A stretch of DNA of 27,692 bases from an uncultured Pseudomonadota bacterium (GTDB lineage Bacteria > SAR324 > NAC60-12), in NCBI GenBank assembly GCA_913020725.1, contig CAJWCD010000036.1:1-27692 (forward strand), in the 5' to 3' direction. Shown here in pieces: positions 17,307 through 26,393 of this stretch. Position 1 is the first letter of the stretch; each line of letters opens with the position of its first letter. The notes under the pieces are model-generated. The model was not told where the DNA came from. It made no database searches and saw only the letters and a list, made by a program, of their open reading frames with translations. Position numbers and translations under genes: made by a program.

Positions 17307-18014
17307 ATGGCCAAATCACCCACCCCGTCCCACGCCCCTGCGGCAGAAGACCTTCCCCGCAAGCTTTTACTCCAACCAGATCGCTTTGAGCAGGCTCTCT
17401 ACCAGGTTGCCGATCAAGCTTACCGCAAACGCAAGCAAGTCACCATTGCGGCTGTGGTCGTAGCCGTCCTTGTGGTGGCCCTCTGGGGATGGTGGGAGTA
17501 TTCCAAGCAGCAGCGCATTGAGCAAGCCGATCTCTATTTCGCCGCTCGGCAACCCTTCAGCAACGCCAGCCTCGGCGAGCAGGAGCGGTTGCGGCAGGGC
17601 ATTGTCGGGCTAGAACATTTTCTAAAGGAGGTTCCGGACGTTGCGCTGAGTGTTCTCGCTTTGCTGGAATTGGGAGCGTCCCACGCTCGCCTGCAAAACT
17701 GGGAGGCCGCCCTCCCAACCTGGCAGCGGGTGCTGTCGCATCCCCAGAGTGCCCCCGCACAACACAACACCGCCCGGTTGGCCAGAGCCATTGCACTCGG
17801 AGAACTACAACGCTGGGATGAGGCCGAGCAGCAGCTTGCGGCGCTCAGTGATCCGAAACTTGACGGCTTGCGCACCAAGCTCCGCTCTCAACTTGCCCTG
17901 CGCCAAGGCGACAAAGCCAAGGCTGCGGAACTGCTCCGGAAACTAGCCGCTGCCTCCGCGAATTCCCCTTTTAAGAACGATGCCGAGGTGCAGCTTCTGC
18001 GCCTTGGACTCTAA
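17307..18014 (+). CDS. Membrane-anchored TPR protein (YfgM-like)
   Basis: 235 aa with an N-terminal D.F motif, one transmembrane helix (IAAVVVAVLVVALWGWW) and Ala/Leu-rich TPR-like helices. Confidence 0.75.
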   Translation: MAKSPTPSHAPAAEDLPRKLLLQPDRFEQALYQVADQAYRKRKQVTIAAVVVAVLVVALWGWWEYSKQQRIEQADLYFAARQPFSNASLGEQERLRQGIVGLEHFLKEVPDVALSVLALLELGASHARLQNWEAALPTWQRVLSHPQSAPAQHNTARLARAIALGELQRWDEAEQQLAALSDPKLDGLRTKLRSQLALRQGDKAKAAELLRKLAAASANSPFKNDAEVQLLRLGL

Positions 18015-18041
18015 CACCCAACCCACATCCGCAAGGTCCAC

Positions 18042-18275
18042 ATGAGCCAAGACTACCTGAAACTGATTGAGGAACACCGCAAAGAATCCACGATCAACCT
18101 CTTCGAGAAGGTGTTGATCACCGCCAAGCGGGCGAAATCACTCTACGAACTGGACGAACCCGCCAAGGCCGCACTGCCCCACAAGCCGACCTTTCAGGCA
18201 ATTCTGGAGACCAACGAAGGCAGTATCGTTCCTCTCCGTGCAGCCCCGGCTCCGGAATCGTCTCAAAAGGAGTAA
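18042..18275 (+). CDS. rpoZ: DNA-directed RNA polymerase omega subunit
   Basis: 77 aa with NLFEKVLITAKRAKSL and HKPTFQAILETNEGSI, matching the omega pattern (N.Y..V...AKRA..L / KP...A..E...G.I). RBS AAGG upstream. Confidence 0.78.
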   Translation: MSQDYLKLIEEHRKESTINLFEKVLITAKRAKSLYELDEPAKAALPHKPTFQAILETNEGSIVPLRAAPAPESSQKE

Positions 18276-18329
18276 TCCGCAGAATCATCCTGATTCCCGG
18301 CATCCGCTCCTTCTCCTTATGCCCTGACC

Positions 18330-20015
18330 ATGCAAACCACGTCGCAGGCCCCCTTGGTCACACTTGGCCTGATCCTGCGGCGTTTGCTGGCGACCTCGCA
18401 GTCTCTGCAAGCCGCAGCCATCGTTTTCTCCGGCATCTTCCTCGCCGACCGGTTGTTCACATGGTATGTCTTTCCGGCCTACAAGGATTTTCTGGAAGCG
18501 CGGTTTTCAGTCACTTGGGAACTGATCGACACCGCCTTCGCTCCCGTTGTCTGGGTGGTCTTCACGGGCTTGGTGCTGGGAAGCCTGACGGTGGTGATCA
18601 CCTTTGCCGCCCAGAGCGTTCCCAAGCTCATCGACCTCTACATGTCCCACTGGATGAGCCTGCTCTATGTCTGGTGGACCATTGGCTGCACGATTCACGA
18701 TCTCACCATCAAGATTGTTGCCGAATCCGGCATTCCCTTGGTGCCGAGCTTCGTCTTCAACTACCACGTCCTGCTGCCGTTGTACTTGCTCAGCATCTTC
18801 CCGTTCATCATGGTCATCCTGATCTCGACAAAGACCAGCCGGGTGATCCAGTCGTTGCTGCAGGGGGCGGACAAGACGCTGGCAAAGCTCAGCAAGCTTG
18901 GTCCGGACGCCAAGTTGCCGGAAAACCTGCATGGCAGTCGGCAGTATTTTCTGTTCGAGGCACTCAACCAACTCACGGACCTGCTCACCTACGTTCCGTA
19001 CAAGGAATCCAAGGCGGAAGTCATTGAAGGCTTCGGCTGGCTGTTGGCTCGCTATCTGGACTACAAACCCAAGCTGCCGAACGAGTTTTTCAAGGTGCAT
19101 CCGCGTGTCCGGGAAGACATCTCCTTCCGGACCATGCAGGGGCAACTTCCAGACCTTGAGGAAGCCCACACCTTTTTCGAGCAAAAAGCTCTGGTTTTGC
19201 TCGGCAACGGCTACATCAGCTTTCTGGAAACTGGCCAGTTCGACCTCTCCACTCTTTGTGCCGAACAACTCAACAAGCTGGGAAAGCGGGCACTGGAAGC
19301 TGGGGACGAACCGCTGATCGAAGTGGTCACGATCCGCTTCAACACCCACGTCCGCTTCGGCATCAAACACGGACAAACCAACAACGAACCGCGCAACCTC
19401 TACAACCTCGTCTTCCACTACGGAGAGTTCGTGCGGCATCTCGTTGAACACAACGCCCAGGCCCGCGTCAAAACCTGCTTCGGATACTTTGTTTTTTACG
19501 GACTGAACTGCTTCAACGCCTGCACTCAGGCACCTGCGCTTGCGTTCATCCTTGATGTCATTGCAGTGGAGATGAACAAGGCACTGATCCTCATGCACCA
19601 AAAGCAGTGGGATGCAGAGTTCTTTCAGGAACGCTTCAAAGAGTTCTTGACGCTCGACAATTTTCAGAACGTGGATCGTGATTTTGCGGTCAATTTCTTC
19701 AGCAAGAATGTCGGTGTGCGCCTCATGCACATTGGTCTCGCGCTTTACTTCCTCGACATCGGAAATGAAGAAAAAGCCCGTCAGGTCGCCAAGGACACGA
19801 TGCAGGACTACCAGTTGCTTGGCCACGAGCTCTTCAACAAGACGATGGGAATGATTTTTGCGAGGCTGAAGTTCGCCGGACCCGCCTTCTGGGAGGACAC
19901 CGACCGGGGCAACCTTAACATGTACTACACCCCGCATCCGCAACACATCGAGCGTTTTCAGGAACTCCAGCAGGAGTGCCAGAGCGAGCTGGCAACCCCG
20001 ATAAAGGTCGCCTGA
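18330..20015 (+). CDS. Membrane protein of unknown function (N-terminal ~4 TM helices, DUF2254-like, large helical C-terminal domain)
   Basis: 561 aa with host-like codon usage, hydrophobic segments in the first ~170 aa and a C-terminal FWEDTDRG motif. Confidence 0.75.
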   Translation: MQTTSQAPLVTLGLILRRLLATSQSLQAAAIVFSGIFLADRLFTWYVFPAYKDFLEARFSVTWELIDTAFAPVVWVVFTGLVLGSLTVVITFAAQSVPKLIDLYMSHWMSLLYVWWTIGCTIHDLTIKIVAESGIPLVPSFVFNYHVLLPLYLLSIFPFIMVILISTKTSRVIQSLLQGADKTLAKLSKLGPDAKLPENLHGSRQYFLFEALNQLTDLLTYVPYKESKAEVIEGFGWLLARYLDYKPKLPNEFFKVHPRVREDISFRTMQGQLPDLEEAHTFFEQKALVLLGNGYISFLETGQFDLSTLCAEQLNKLGKRALEAGDEPLIEVVTIRFNTHVRFGIKHGQTNNEPRNLYNLVFHYGEFVRHLVEHNAQARVKTCFGYFVFYGLNCFNACTQAPALAFILDVIAVEMNKALILMHQKQWDAEFFQERFKEFLTLDNFQNVDRDFAVNFFSKNVGVRLMHIGLALYFLDIGNEEKARQVAKDTMQDYQLLGHELFNKTMGMIFARLKFAGPAFWEDTDRGNLNMYYTPHPQHIERFQELQQECQSELATPIKVA

Positions 20016-20140
20016 GTTCTTGCGCCCAAAACAGGTTTTGGGCGGGGAGCCACAATGGTTTCTATTAATCGTGCCTCCCGCCTCCGGGAGAGGGCAAGGG
20101 GCATGACAATCCACACAAACGAGCAAACCACAGAAGAGAG

Positions 20141-23110
20141 ATGGCAGTTCTCGAAGAGTTGAAGAAACAGCGCGAAGCCGTACTGAGCGTCACCGCAGGT
20201 GGTCCACCCGCCCGCACCGTCAACCCGTTTTTCGGAGTTGGACCGATCACCAACATGCTGGCCGATGAGGTGGAACGTCGGCTCTACCGCTTCGAGTTCG
20301 AGGCGTGGCTGGAAGCCAACTACCCCAAGGTGGACGACACCGGAAAGCGCATTGGCCCCGTCACGGTGGGTGAACTGGATCGCTGCATGCACCGGGGCCA
20401 TCCCGCCGACAAGGTGGTGGTGGACATGATGCGCGAAATCCACCGCTATTTCGGTTTTCCCAAGCAAAATGTCATGGCTGTCGGACTCGGTGGCGGGCAC
20501 AGCGGCTTCACGGTCGCGGTGCTGCATCTGATGAGCAGCAGCAGCGCTTGCCACGTTTTTGTCGATACACCCAAACCGGAAACCGTAGCCGCGCAACAAG
20601 GCGGCGCGTTCCGGCAGTCGTGGGGGGTGCAACTCCTTGAACTCCAGAAATTCACGAAAAACGGGGACGAGGGACGAGTGCATTTCAGTGGCGGTGAAGG
20701 CCAAATTCCGACTCCGGAGGAAATGCTCGGCATGGGCATCAAGCTCTTTGTCGGAGTTGGCCACGAAACCACTGGAGCGACAACCTACAACGAGCAGGAC
20801 ATCCGCAACCTGCTGGCGTGGCTCGCTCAGAATCCGAGCGAGCATCACGCGGTGATTGATGCGACTTCGGCACTCGGAGCCATGCCTTGGAGCGAGGATT
20901 TGGTTGCGCAGGTGATGAGCAAGTGCTGCTTGTTCATGCCCTTCCAAAAGGCGATTGGCGGCGCCTCCGGATACTTTTTGGTCTCGCTCACTCCGGAAGC
21001 CCGCAGCTTGGTGGAGCAAAATGTCAACGATCCCTCATGGTCCATTCCCCGGCAGCTCAAGCTTGCAATTCCGGAGAACGCGAAGCTGCCGATTTCCAGC
21101 AAAAAAACCACGGCGTTGGGGCCGTTCTACGACCCTGCGCAGGACAAAATGCTCGGTGGCATCATCAACACCTTCAGCACCATCGCCTTTGCAGAAACCA
21201 CCTTCGGCCTGCTCCAGATGGAGAAAAAGGTCGGTTCGGTGCGCCAAATGAACCAGCGCTCGGTCGCCAACCGCCAGCTCGTTTCCGCTTGGGCGTCGCA
21301 TAGTGCCCTCTTTGAAATGAGCGTCGAGGACGAAGATCGACGCGGTGCGGCGGTGACACTTTTGAAAGTGAACGATCCGGACACCACGGACGCAAACACC
21401 CACGCCCGCATTATCGCCAAAGCCAAGCAACTGCTGGGTTTTGAAGGCTTGACTCACCCGAACAGCGAGTACGAGCCGGGGCTGGATGTGGCCCGCTACG
21501 TCAACGTTTTTCCGGGAACGCCGGGCGACTTTCGGCTGTGGATCGGCGGAGCGCGTCCGGAGTCCGACATTGCTGCGGTTTTGGACAATCTGGAGTACTG
21601 CTACCAGCGGGCGAAAGTCGTGGTTCTTGAAGAACAACTCGCCGAGCAGGGCGTGACCTTTGAAGCCTCCGCAAGCGGCGGAGCCTCTGGGCGCAAGGAT
21701 GATCCCAATCGCGCCTACAAGGTGCTGATTGCCGACATGGTGGGTCTCAAGTTCGATGCGAGCGGGAAGCCGGATTACAGCGCCGTGCGCGCTTACATCG
21801 AGCAAAAAGGCGGCGTGTTCCATGATGGCCCCATCGTCGAGGACAAAGAATACGCACCCGGAATCCACTACTTCTATGAGCCCGACTTGAGCCGGGATGA
21901 CGAAATCTTGCCGCAAACGGACAAGGGGCAGTACGACGCCCTGATTGCGGCGGCGACTTTCTTCCCCAAAGCCTCCGTGTTTAACGAAGGCGGTGTGCGA
22001 ATCGGCGCGGGCACGGGTAACATGGGCAGTGATTCTTGGGGCGGTGGTAGCGGTGCTGGCGGCGTGGCTCCGTTGATGAACACTCCCAGCTTCAACAGCC
22101 GTGCAACAGCGCACATGGCCTTCAAAGGCTTGTTGAAGGCGGCTCCGGACCTAGATGTGGCCACGCTGCATCAGCGCATCATTGACCGCGATTTTGACAC
22201 CGGCAAGAACCTCAAGGAATTCCCGACCGAAAAGATCGAAGGTAAGCGCATGGCGGTCATCGGTTTTGGCAACATTGGCCGCGAAATGACACAAATCGCC
22301 CGCGCCTTCAATCTCGAAGTGGTGGTGCATGATCTCCCCTGGTGCAAAGAGTGGGCGGAGTCCGAGGGCTTCACCTACGCTGCAACCGTCAAGGAAGCCG
22401 CGCAAGGGGCCGATTTCATCACCATTCACACGGGCTTGGGCGCTCCCGATCCAAACACCGGGAAGTTTGCCAACGAGAACATCATTGACGCGGAAGTCCT
22501 GAACTCTCTCAACGATGGCGCGGTGGTTGTCAACTATGACCGGGGCGAGTTGATCAACGCTCAGGCGTTGGATAACGCGCTGGCCAGCGGCAAGGTGCGT
22601 TACGCCGCCATTGACGCAGACATGTTCAAGAATCCGGAAACCGGAGAAATCAGTGGTCCAGTCGCGCCCTACCTTGGTTTGGAAAAAAAGCACCGGGGGC
22701 GCATGGAACTGCTACCCCATGCGGCGGCTGACACCGAGCACCTCTCTCGTGTGGAAGGGGCCAAGCAGGCGGTTGACCAAATCATGGGGGTGATCCAGTA
22801 CAAAGCCGTCGTCAACCTCAAAGGCGACTTGCCCAAGGGCTACACCGACGCTGGAGCCAAGACCGTCGATGGCGTGGGTTCGGTCTCAGCCCTGCGCTTG
22901 GCCGAGGCCGTCGCTGAGGATGATTTCCTCGCCAATGCCCGGAAGACTGCCGAGCGACTAGCCGCCATTTGGGGATCGCTTTCGGCCACCACCAATCCCG
23001 AACGCCGCGCCGAGTTGCTGGAGCGTTATGGCTCCGAGTTGATCATGGGGTCCAACCGCTATGCAACTCTAGTCGAAAGGTCCGGGTTGAAGGGTCCGTA
23101 CCGGAAGTAG
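20141..23110 (+). CDS. Fusion of a phosphoserine aminotransferase-like (class V PLP) domain and a D-3-phosphoglycerate/D-2-hydroxyacid dehydrogenase-like domain
   Basis: 989 aa. N-half: GGGHSGF, HETTGA, DATS, FQKAIGG (PLP Lys270), NTF and FRLWIGG. Linker EASASGGASG at about aa 508. C-half: RIGAGTGN, MNTPSFNSRATA, GKRMAVIGFGNIG, NYDRGE and PHAAAD. Confidence 0.85.
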   Translation: MAVLEELKKQREAVLSVTAGGPPARTVNPFFGVGPITNMLADEVERRLYRFEFEAWLEANYPKVDDTGKRIGPVTVGELDRCMHRGHPADKVVVDMMREIHRYFGFPKQNVMAVGLGGGHSGFTVAVLHLMSSSSACHVFVDTPKPETVAAQQGGAFRQSWGVQLLELQKFTKNGDEGRVHFSGGEGQIPTPEEMLGMGIKLFVGVGHETTGATTYNEQDIRNLLAWLAQNPSEHHAVIDATSALGAMPWSEDLVAQVMSKCCLFMPFQKAIGGASGYFLVSLTPEARSLVEQNVNDPSWSIPRQLKLAIPENAKLPISSKKTTALGPFYDPAQDKMLGGIINTFSTIAFAETTFGLLQMEKKVGSVRQMNQRSVANRQLVSAWASHSALFEMSVEDEDRRGAAVTLLKVNDPDTTDANTHARIIAKAKQLLGFEGLTHPNSEYEPGLDVARYVNVFPGTPGDFRLWIGGARPESDIAAVLDNLEYCYQRAKVVVLEEQLAEQGVTFEASASGGASGRKDDPNRAYKVLIADMVGLKFDASGKPDYSAVRAYIEQKGGVFHDGPIVEDKEYAPGIHYFYEPDLSRDDEILPQTDKGQYDALIAAATFFPKASVFNEGGVRIGAGTGNMGSDSWGGGSGAGGVAPLMNTPSFNSRATAHMAFKGLLKAAPDLDVATLHQRIIDRDFDTGKNLKEFPTEKIEGKRMAVIGFGNIGREMTQIARAFNLEVVVHDLPWCKEWAESEGFTYAATVKEAAQGADFITIHTGLGAPDPNTGKFANENIIDAEVLNSLNDGAVVVNYDRGELINAQALDNALASGKVRYAAIDADMFKNPETGEISGPVAPYLGLEKKHRGRMELLPHAAADTEHLSRVEGAKQAVDQIMGVIQYKAVVNLKGDLPKGYTDAGAKTVDGVGSVSALRLAEAVAEDDFLANARKTAERLAAIWGSLSATTNPERRAELLERYGSELIMGSNRYATLVERSGLKGPYRK

Positions 23111-23158
23111 CGGATTTTGGCATTCAGGAGTCAGAGGTCAATACTGATTTGTCTGGCC

Positions 23159-23193
23159 CTGATAACTGACAACTGATAACTGACAACTGATCA
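23159..23193 (+). repeat. Heptamer tandem repeat (CTGA[T/C]AA)x4 plus CTGATCA
   Basis: CTGATAA CTGACAA CTGATAA CTGACAA CTGATCA; the last base is the A of the hemB ATG. Confidence 0.9.
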
Positions 23194-24194
23194 TGGAACT
23201 CACTCACCGTCCCCGGAGGCTGCGCCGCACGGGTCCGATCCGCTCGCTGATCCGGGAAACCGCACTTAGTCCGCAGCAGCTCATCTATCCGATTTTTGTG
23301 ACAGAAGGGGAGCGCGTGCGTGATCCAATCAACACCATGCCCGGACAGTTCCGGCTTTCGATTGATGAGGTGGTGCGAGAATGCGAAACCCTGCTCAAGC
23401 TTGGAGTGGGCGCGGTCAACCTCTTTGGTTACTCTCCGGAGAAGGACGAGACTGGGAAGTTCGCGTGGGATGCGGAAGGTTTGATCCCGCGTTGCGTGCG
23501 AGCACTCAAGGCAACGCATCCGGAGGTTTGCGTACAGACGGATGTGGCGCTCGATCCCTACACCACACACGGCCACGACGGGCTGGTCTTTGCTGGCGAG
23601 ATCGTCAACGACGAATCCGTCGAGGCGCTTTGCCAGATGTCACTTTGCCACGCCGAAGCCGGAGCCGATTGGATTGCACCGTCAGACATGATGGACGGGC
23701 GCGTTGGAGCCATCCGGGAAGCGTTAGACGCGAACGGTTTTGCAAACACAGGCATCCTCGCCTATTCCGCCAAGTACGCCTCGTGTTTCTACGGACCCTT
23801 CCGGGGGGCATTGGATTCCGCGCCGAAATCGGACGCGGCTCCAAAAGACAAGAAAACCTACCAAATGGACCCCGCAAATGTCCGGGAGGCGCTCAAGGAG
23901 GTTGCGCTGGACATCGAGGAAGGCGCGGACGTGGTGATGGTCAAGCCCGCGCTGGCGTACCTTGACGTGATCCGTGCGGTTCGCGAGGAATTCGATGTTC
24001 CGGTCGCGGCCTACAACGTTTCCGGGGAATACGCGATGGTGTGCGCCGCCGCCGAAAAGGGCTGGGTGGACAAGGACCGCGCCCTGCTGGAAATACTCTT
24101 CAGTATTCGCCGTGCTGGAGCAGACATGATTCTTTCCTACTTCGCGAAAGACGCCGCAGCACTACTGCGTGAACAATACGGAGGATTCGCGTGA
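23193..24194 (+). CDS. hemB: Porphobilinogen synthase (delta-aminolevulinic acid dehydratase), Asp-rich non-zinc type
   Basis: RPRRLR, DVALDPYTTHGHDG, APSDMMDGRV, SAKYASCFYGPFR, YQMDP, MVKPALAYLD and YNVSGEYAM. Confidence 0.97.
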   Translation: MELTHRPRRLRRTGPIRSLIRETALSPQQLIYPIFVTEGERVRDPINTMPGQFRLSIDEVVRECETLLKLGVGAVNLFGYSPEKDETGKFAWDAEGLIPRCVRALKATHPEVCVQTDVALDPYTTHGHDGLVFAGEIVNDESVEALCQMSLCHAEAGADWIAPSDMMDGRVGAIREALDANGFANTGILAYSAKYASCFYGPFRGALDSAPKSDAAPKDKKTYQMDPANVREALKEVALDIEEGADVVMVKPALAYLDVIRAVREEFDVPVAAYNVSGEYAMVCAAAEKGWVDKDRALLEILFSIRRAGADMILSYFAKDAAALLREQYGGFA

Positions 24195-25507
24195 GTGCAT
24201 CTATCACCATCCGCAACGCCGAAGTCGTCCTGCCCGGAGGGGTGCAGCACACCGATGTGGTGGTGCTAGAAGGTTGTATCGCTGCCATCGGTTCCGGATT
24301 GCCGGACACGGGGGAAACCATCAACGCCGCTGGTCTCACGCTGCTGCCCGGCGTGATCGACCCACAAGTGCATTTCCGGGACCCGGGAGCGACGCACAAG
24401 GAGGATTTGCACTCCGGATCAATGGCAGCAGCAGCAGGGGGGGTGACGGCCTTTCTCGATATGCCCAACAACAAACCTGCGGTCATTACTCGCTCACGAA
24501 TGGCCGAGAAAAAAGCGCGGGCTGCCGAGCAGTGTGTGGTCCACTACGGTTTTTTCATGGGGGCGACTCCGGACAATTTGGAGGAATTGAACGCCGTTGA
24601 GAATGTCTGTGGAATCAAAGTTTTCATGGGCGCGTCCACAGGTGATTTGCTGGTGGACGATCCCGTGGCACTGGAGCGCATCTTTGCGAATGGCACCCGC
24701 TTGATTGCTGTCCACGCTGAAGACGAAACCGTGATGCGCGACAATCAGGCACTGCTTGGGGAAGTTCAGGATATCCGCGCGCACCCGCGTATCCGGGATG
24801 AATCCGCAGCCTTGCGAGCAACCAAGCTCGCCACGCGGCTTTCCTTGAAGCATCAGCGGCGCTTGCATGTGCTCCACCTCACTACTGAAGAAGAATGCGA
24901 TTTGCTCCGGACTTTGCCTGCCGGACACCGCATTTCTGCCGAGGTCTGTCCCCAGCATTTCACACTAACGGCTCCGGAGTGTTATGAACGGCTCGGCACC
25001 CGTGCCCAAATGAACCCACCTCTGCGCACCCAGCGTCATGCAGACGCACTTTGGGCTGCACTCAAGGACGGCACACTCCAGTGCATCGCCACCGACCACG
25101 CTCCGCACACGCTGGAGGAAAAGGACCAACCTTACGGCAAAGCACCCTCCGGAATGCCCGGAGTCGAGACCTCGCTGCCTCTGCTGCTGGACCGTGCCAA
25201 CCGTGGATTTTGCACCCTCTCCGAAGTTGCCCGCTGGATGTCGGAAGTTCCGGCGCGGCTCTACGGAATCCGCAACAAGGGGCGCATCGAAGTCGGTTAT
25301 GACGCTGATTTGGTGCTCGTCGATCCTGCCCTCAAGAAAACCGTCACCAACGGGCAGCTTTTCACCAAAACCAACTGGTCGCCCTACCACGGCATGACCC
25401 TCCAAGGCTGGCCCGTGCGCACCTTCGTCCTCGGTGAAACCGTCTTCCATGATGGTCAAGTCAACGACCAAATCCGGGGGCAGGAACTACAATTCTCTGG
25501 GGTTTGA
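24191..25507 (+). CDS. pyrC: Dihydroorotase (multifunctional-complex type amidohydrolase)
   Basis: 438 aa with PGVIDPQVHFRDPG..HKED, GGVT..DMPN, GIKVFMG, HAED, HVLHL, MNPPLR, ATDHAPH and PSGMPGVET. GTGA overlap with hemB. Confidence 0.85.
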   Translation: MSASITIRNAEVVLPGGVQHTDVVVLEGCIAAIGSGLPDTGETINAAGLTLLPGVIDPQVHFRDPGATHKEDLHSGSMAAAAGGVTAFLDMPNNKPAVITRSRMAEKKARAAEQCVVHYGFFMGATPDNLEELNAVENVCGIKVFMGASTGDLLVDDPVALERIFANGTRLIAVHAEDETVMRDNQALLGEVQDIRAHPRIRDESAALRATKLATRLSLKHQRRLHVLHLTTEEECDLLRTLPAGHRISAEVCPQHFTLTAPECYERLGTRAQMNPPLRTQRHADALWAALKDGTLQCIATDHAPHTLEEKDQPYGKAPSGMPGVETSLPLLLDRANRGFCTLSEVARWMSEVPARLYGIRNKGRIEVGYDADLVLVDPALKKTVTNGQLFTKTNWSPYHGMTLQGWPVRTFVLGETVFHDGQVNDQIRGQELQFSGV

Positions 25508-25531
25508 TTGCCAAGATGGATTTTGGCAATC
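25506..25531. terminator. Hairpin between convergent pyrC and SDR genes
   Basis: GATTGCCAAGA-TGGA-TTTTGGCAATC forms an 11-bp stem with one G-U pair. No U-tract on either strand. Confidence 0.45.
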
Positions 25532-25550
25532 GCGGCTGCACCCATCCACG

Positions 25551-26393
25551 CTAACCCTCCAAGCTCATCGGCTGAGCGGGATGGGGTTGCTGCTCAAAGC
25601 AACCTTGGATCACTTGATCGAAATCAACATTTGCCCCAGTCATCATTCCGGATTCCTCTGAACACAAGAACGCCACCGCACGCGCCACCTCGGTGGGCTT
25701 GAGCAAGCGTCCAAAGGGCTGACTTTCCTCGGCGTTGCCCAGCCACGAGTCCCCGCCCTCGTGGTAGGTTTTCTGAATGCGATCCTCTCCGGGCGTGTCC
25801 ATCCAGCCGATGTTGAGTCCGTTGACGCGGATGCGGTTGCGCACCACACTGTACGCGACATTCCGGGTCAAGACCGCCAAGCCCCCCTTGGAGGCGCAGT
25901 AGGCGGAAATGAAGGGCAAGCCACCATGGGCTGCGTTACTCTGGATGTTCACGACTGTCCCTTGGATGCCCTCCCGAATCATGACCTTGATCGCCTCCTG
26001 CATGAGAAAAAATGGGGCGCGGAGGTTGACGGCGATCATCTCGTCAAACAATTCCTGCGAGGTGTCCAAGATGGTGCCACGATCCGTCACCGCCGCACAG
26101 TTCACGAGGGCATGAACCTTTCCGAATTGCCGATCCGCCTCCACGACCACCTTTCGGCAGTCTCCCACTTGGGAGAGATCCGCTTGCACGAAATGGGTGG
26201 GGCAGGTCTGGTTGAGCCCTTCAGCCACAATCCTGCCCCGCTCTTCATTTCTGCCGCAGATCACCAGTCCGGCGGCCCCGCGTTCGGCAAAAAGCCGGGC
26301 CACCGCTTCGCCGAGTCCTTGGGTGCCGCCTGTGATGACAGCGATTTTCCCTGCAAGCTGTTCCTTCATTTTCTCGTTTTGGTTGAGGTTCAC
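25551..26393 (-). CDS. Short-chain dehydrogenase/reductase
   Basis: [12 protein letters not shown], the catalytic YCASK and NGLNIGWM. Start is GTG 26393 (GTGA overlap with iolG) or ATG 26369. Confidence 0.92.
   Translation of the reverse strand: MNLNQNEKMKEQLAGKIAVITGGTQGLGEAVARLFAERGAAGLVICGRNEERGRIVAEGLNQTCPTHFVQADLSQVGDCRKVVVEADRQFGKVHALVNCAAVTDRGTILDTSQELFDEMIAVNLRAPFFLMQEAIKVMIREGIQGTVVNIQSNAAHGGLPFISAYCASKGGLAVLTRNVAYSVVRNRIRVNGLNIGWMDTPGEDRIQKTYHEGGDSWLGNAEESQPFGRLLKPTEVARAVAFLCSEESGMMTGANVDFDQVIQGCFEQQPHPAQPMSLEG

Noticed and set aside
20023..20101. Two small hairpins before the fusion gene (CGCCCAAAAC/GTTTTGGGGCG and CTCCC/GGGAG), possibly REP-like or a riboswitch
   Set aside because: Single copy in the window, no U-tract and no recognisable aptamer; too weak to call.
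18507..20126. 539-aa minus-strand ORF, and similar long antisense ORFs at 1783-2772, 2702-3625, 6873-7856, 19958-21019 and 21035-22114
   Set aside because: Each overlaps a better-supported gene on the opposite strand and lacks family motifs.
24191..25507. Amidohydrolase as the missing enamidase of the hnr operon
   Set aside because: Its motifs (HFRDPG..KED, MNPPLR, TDHAPH) are those of dihydroorotase, and it is coupled to hemB about 16 kb from hnr.
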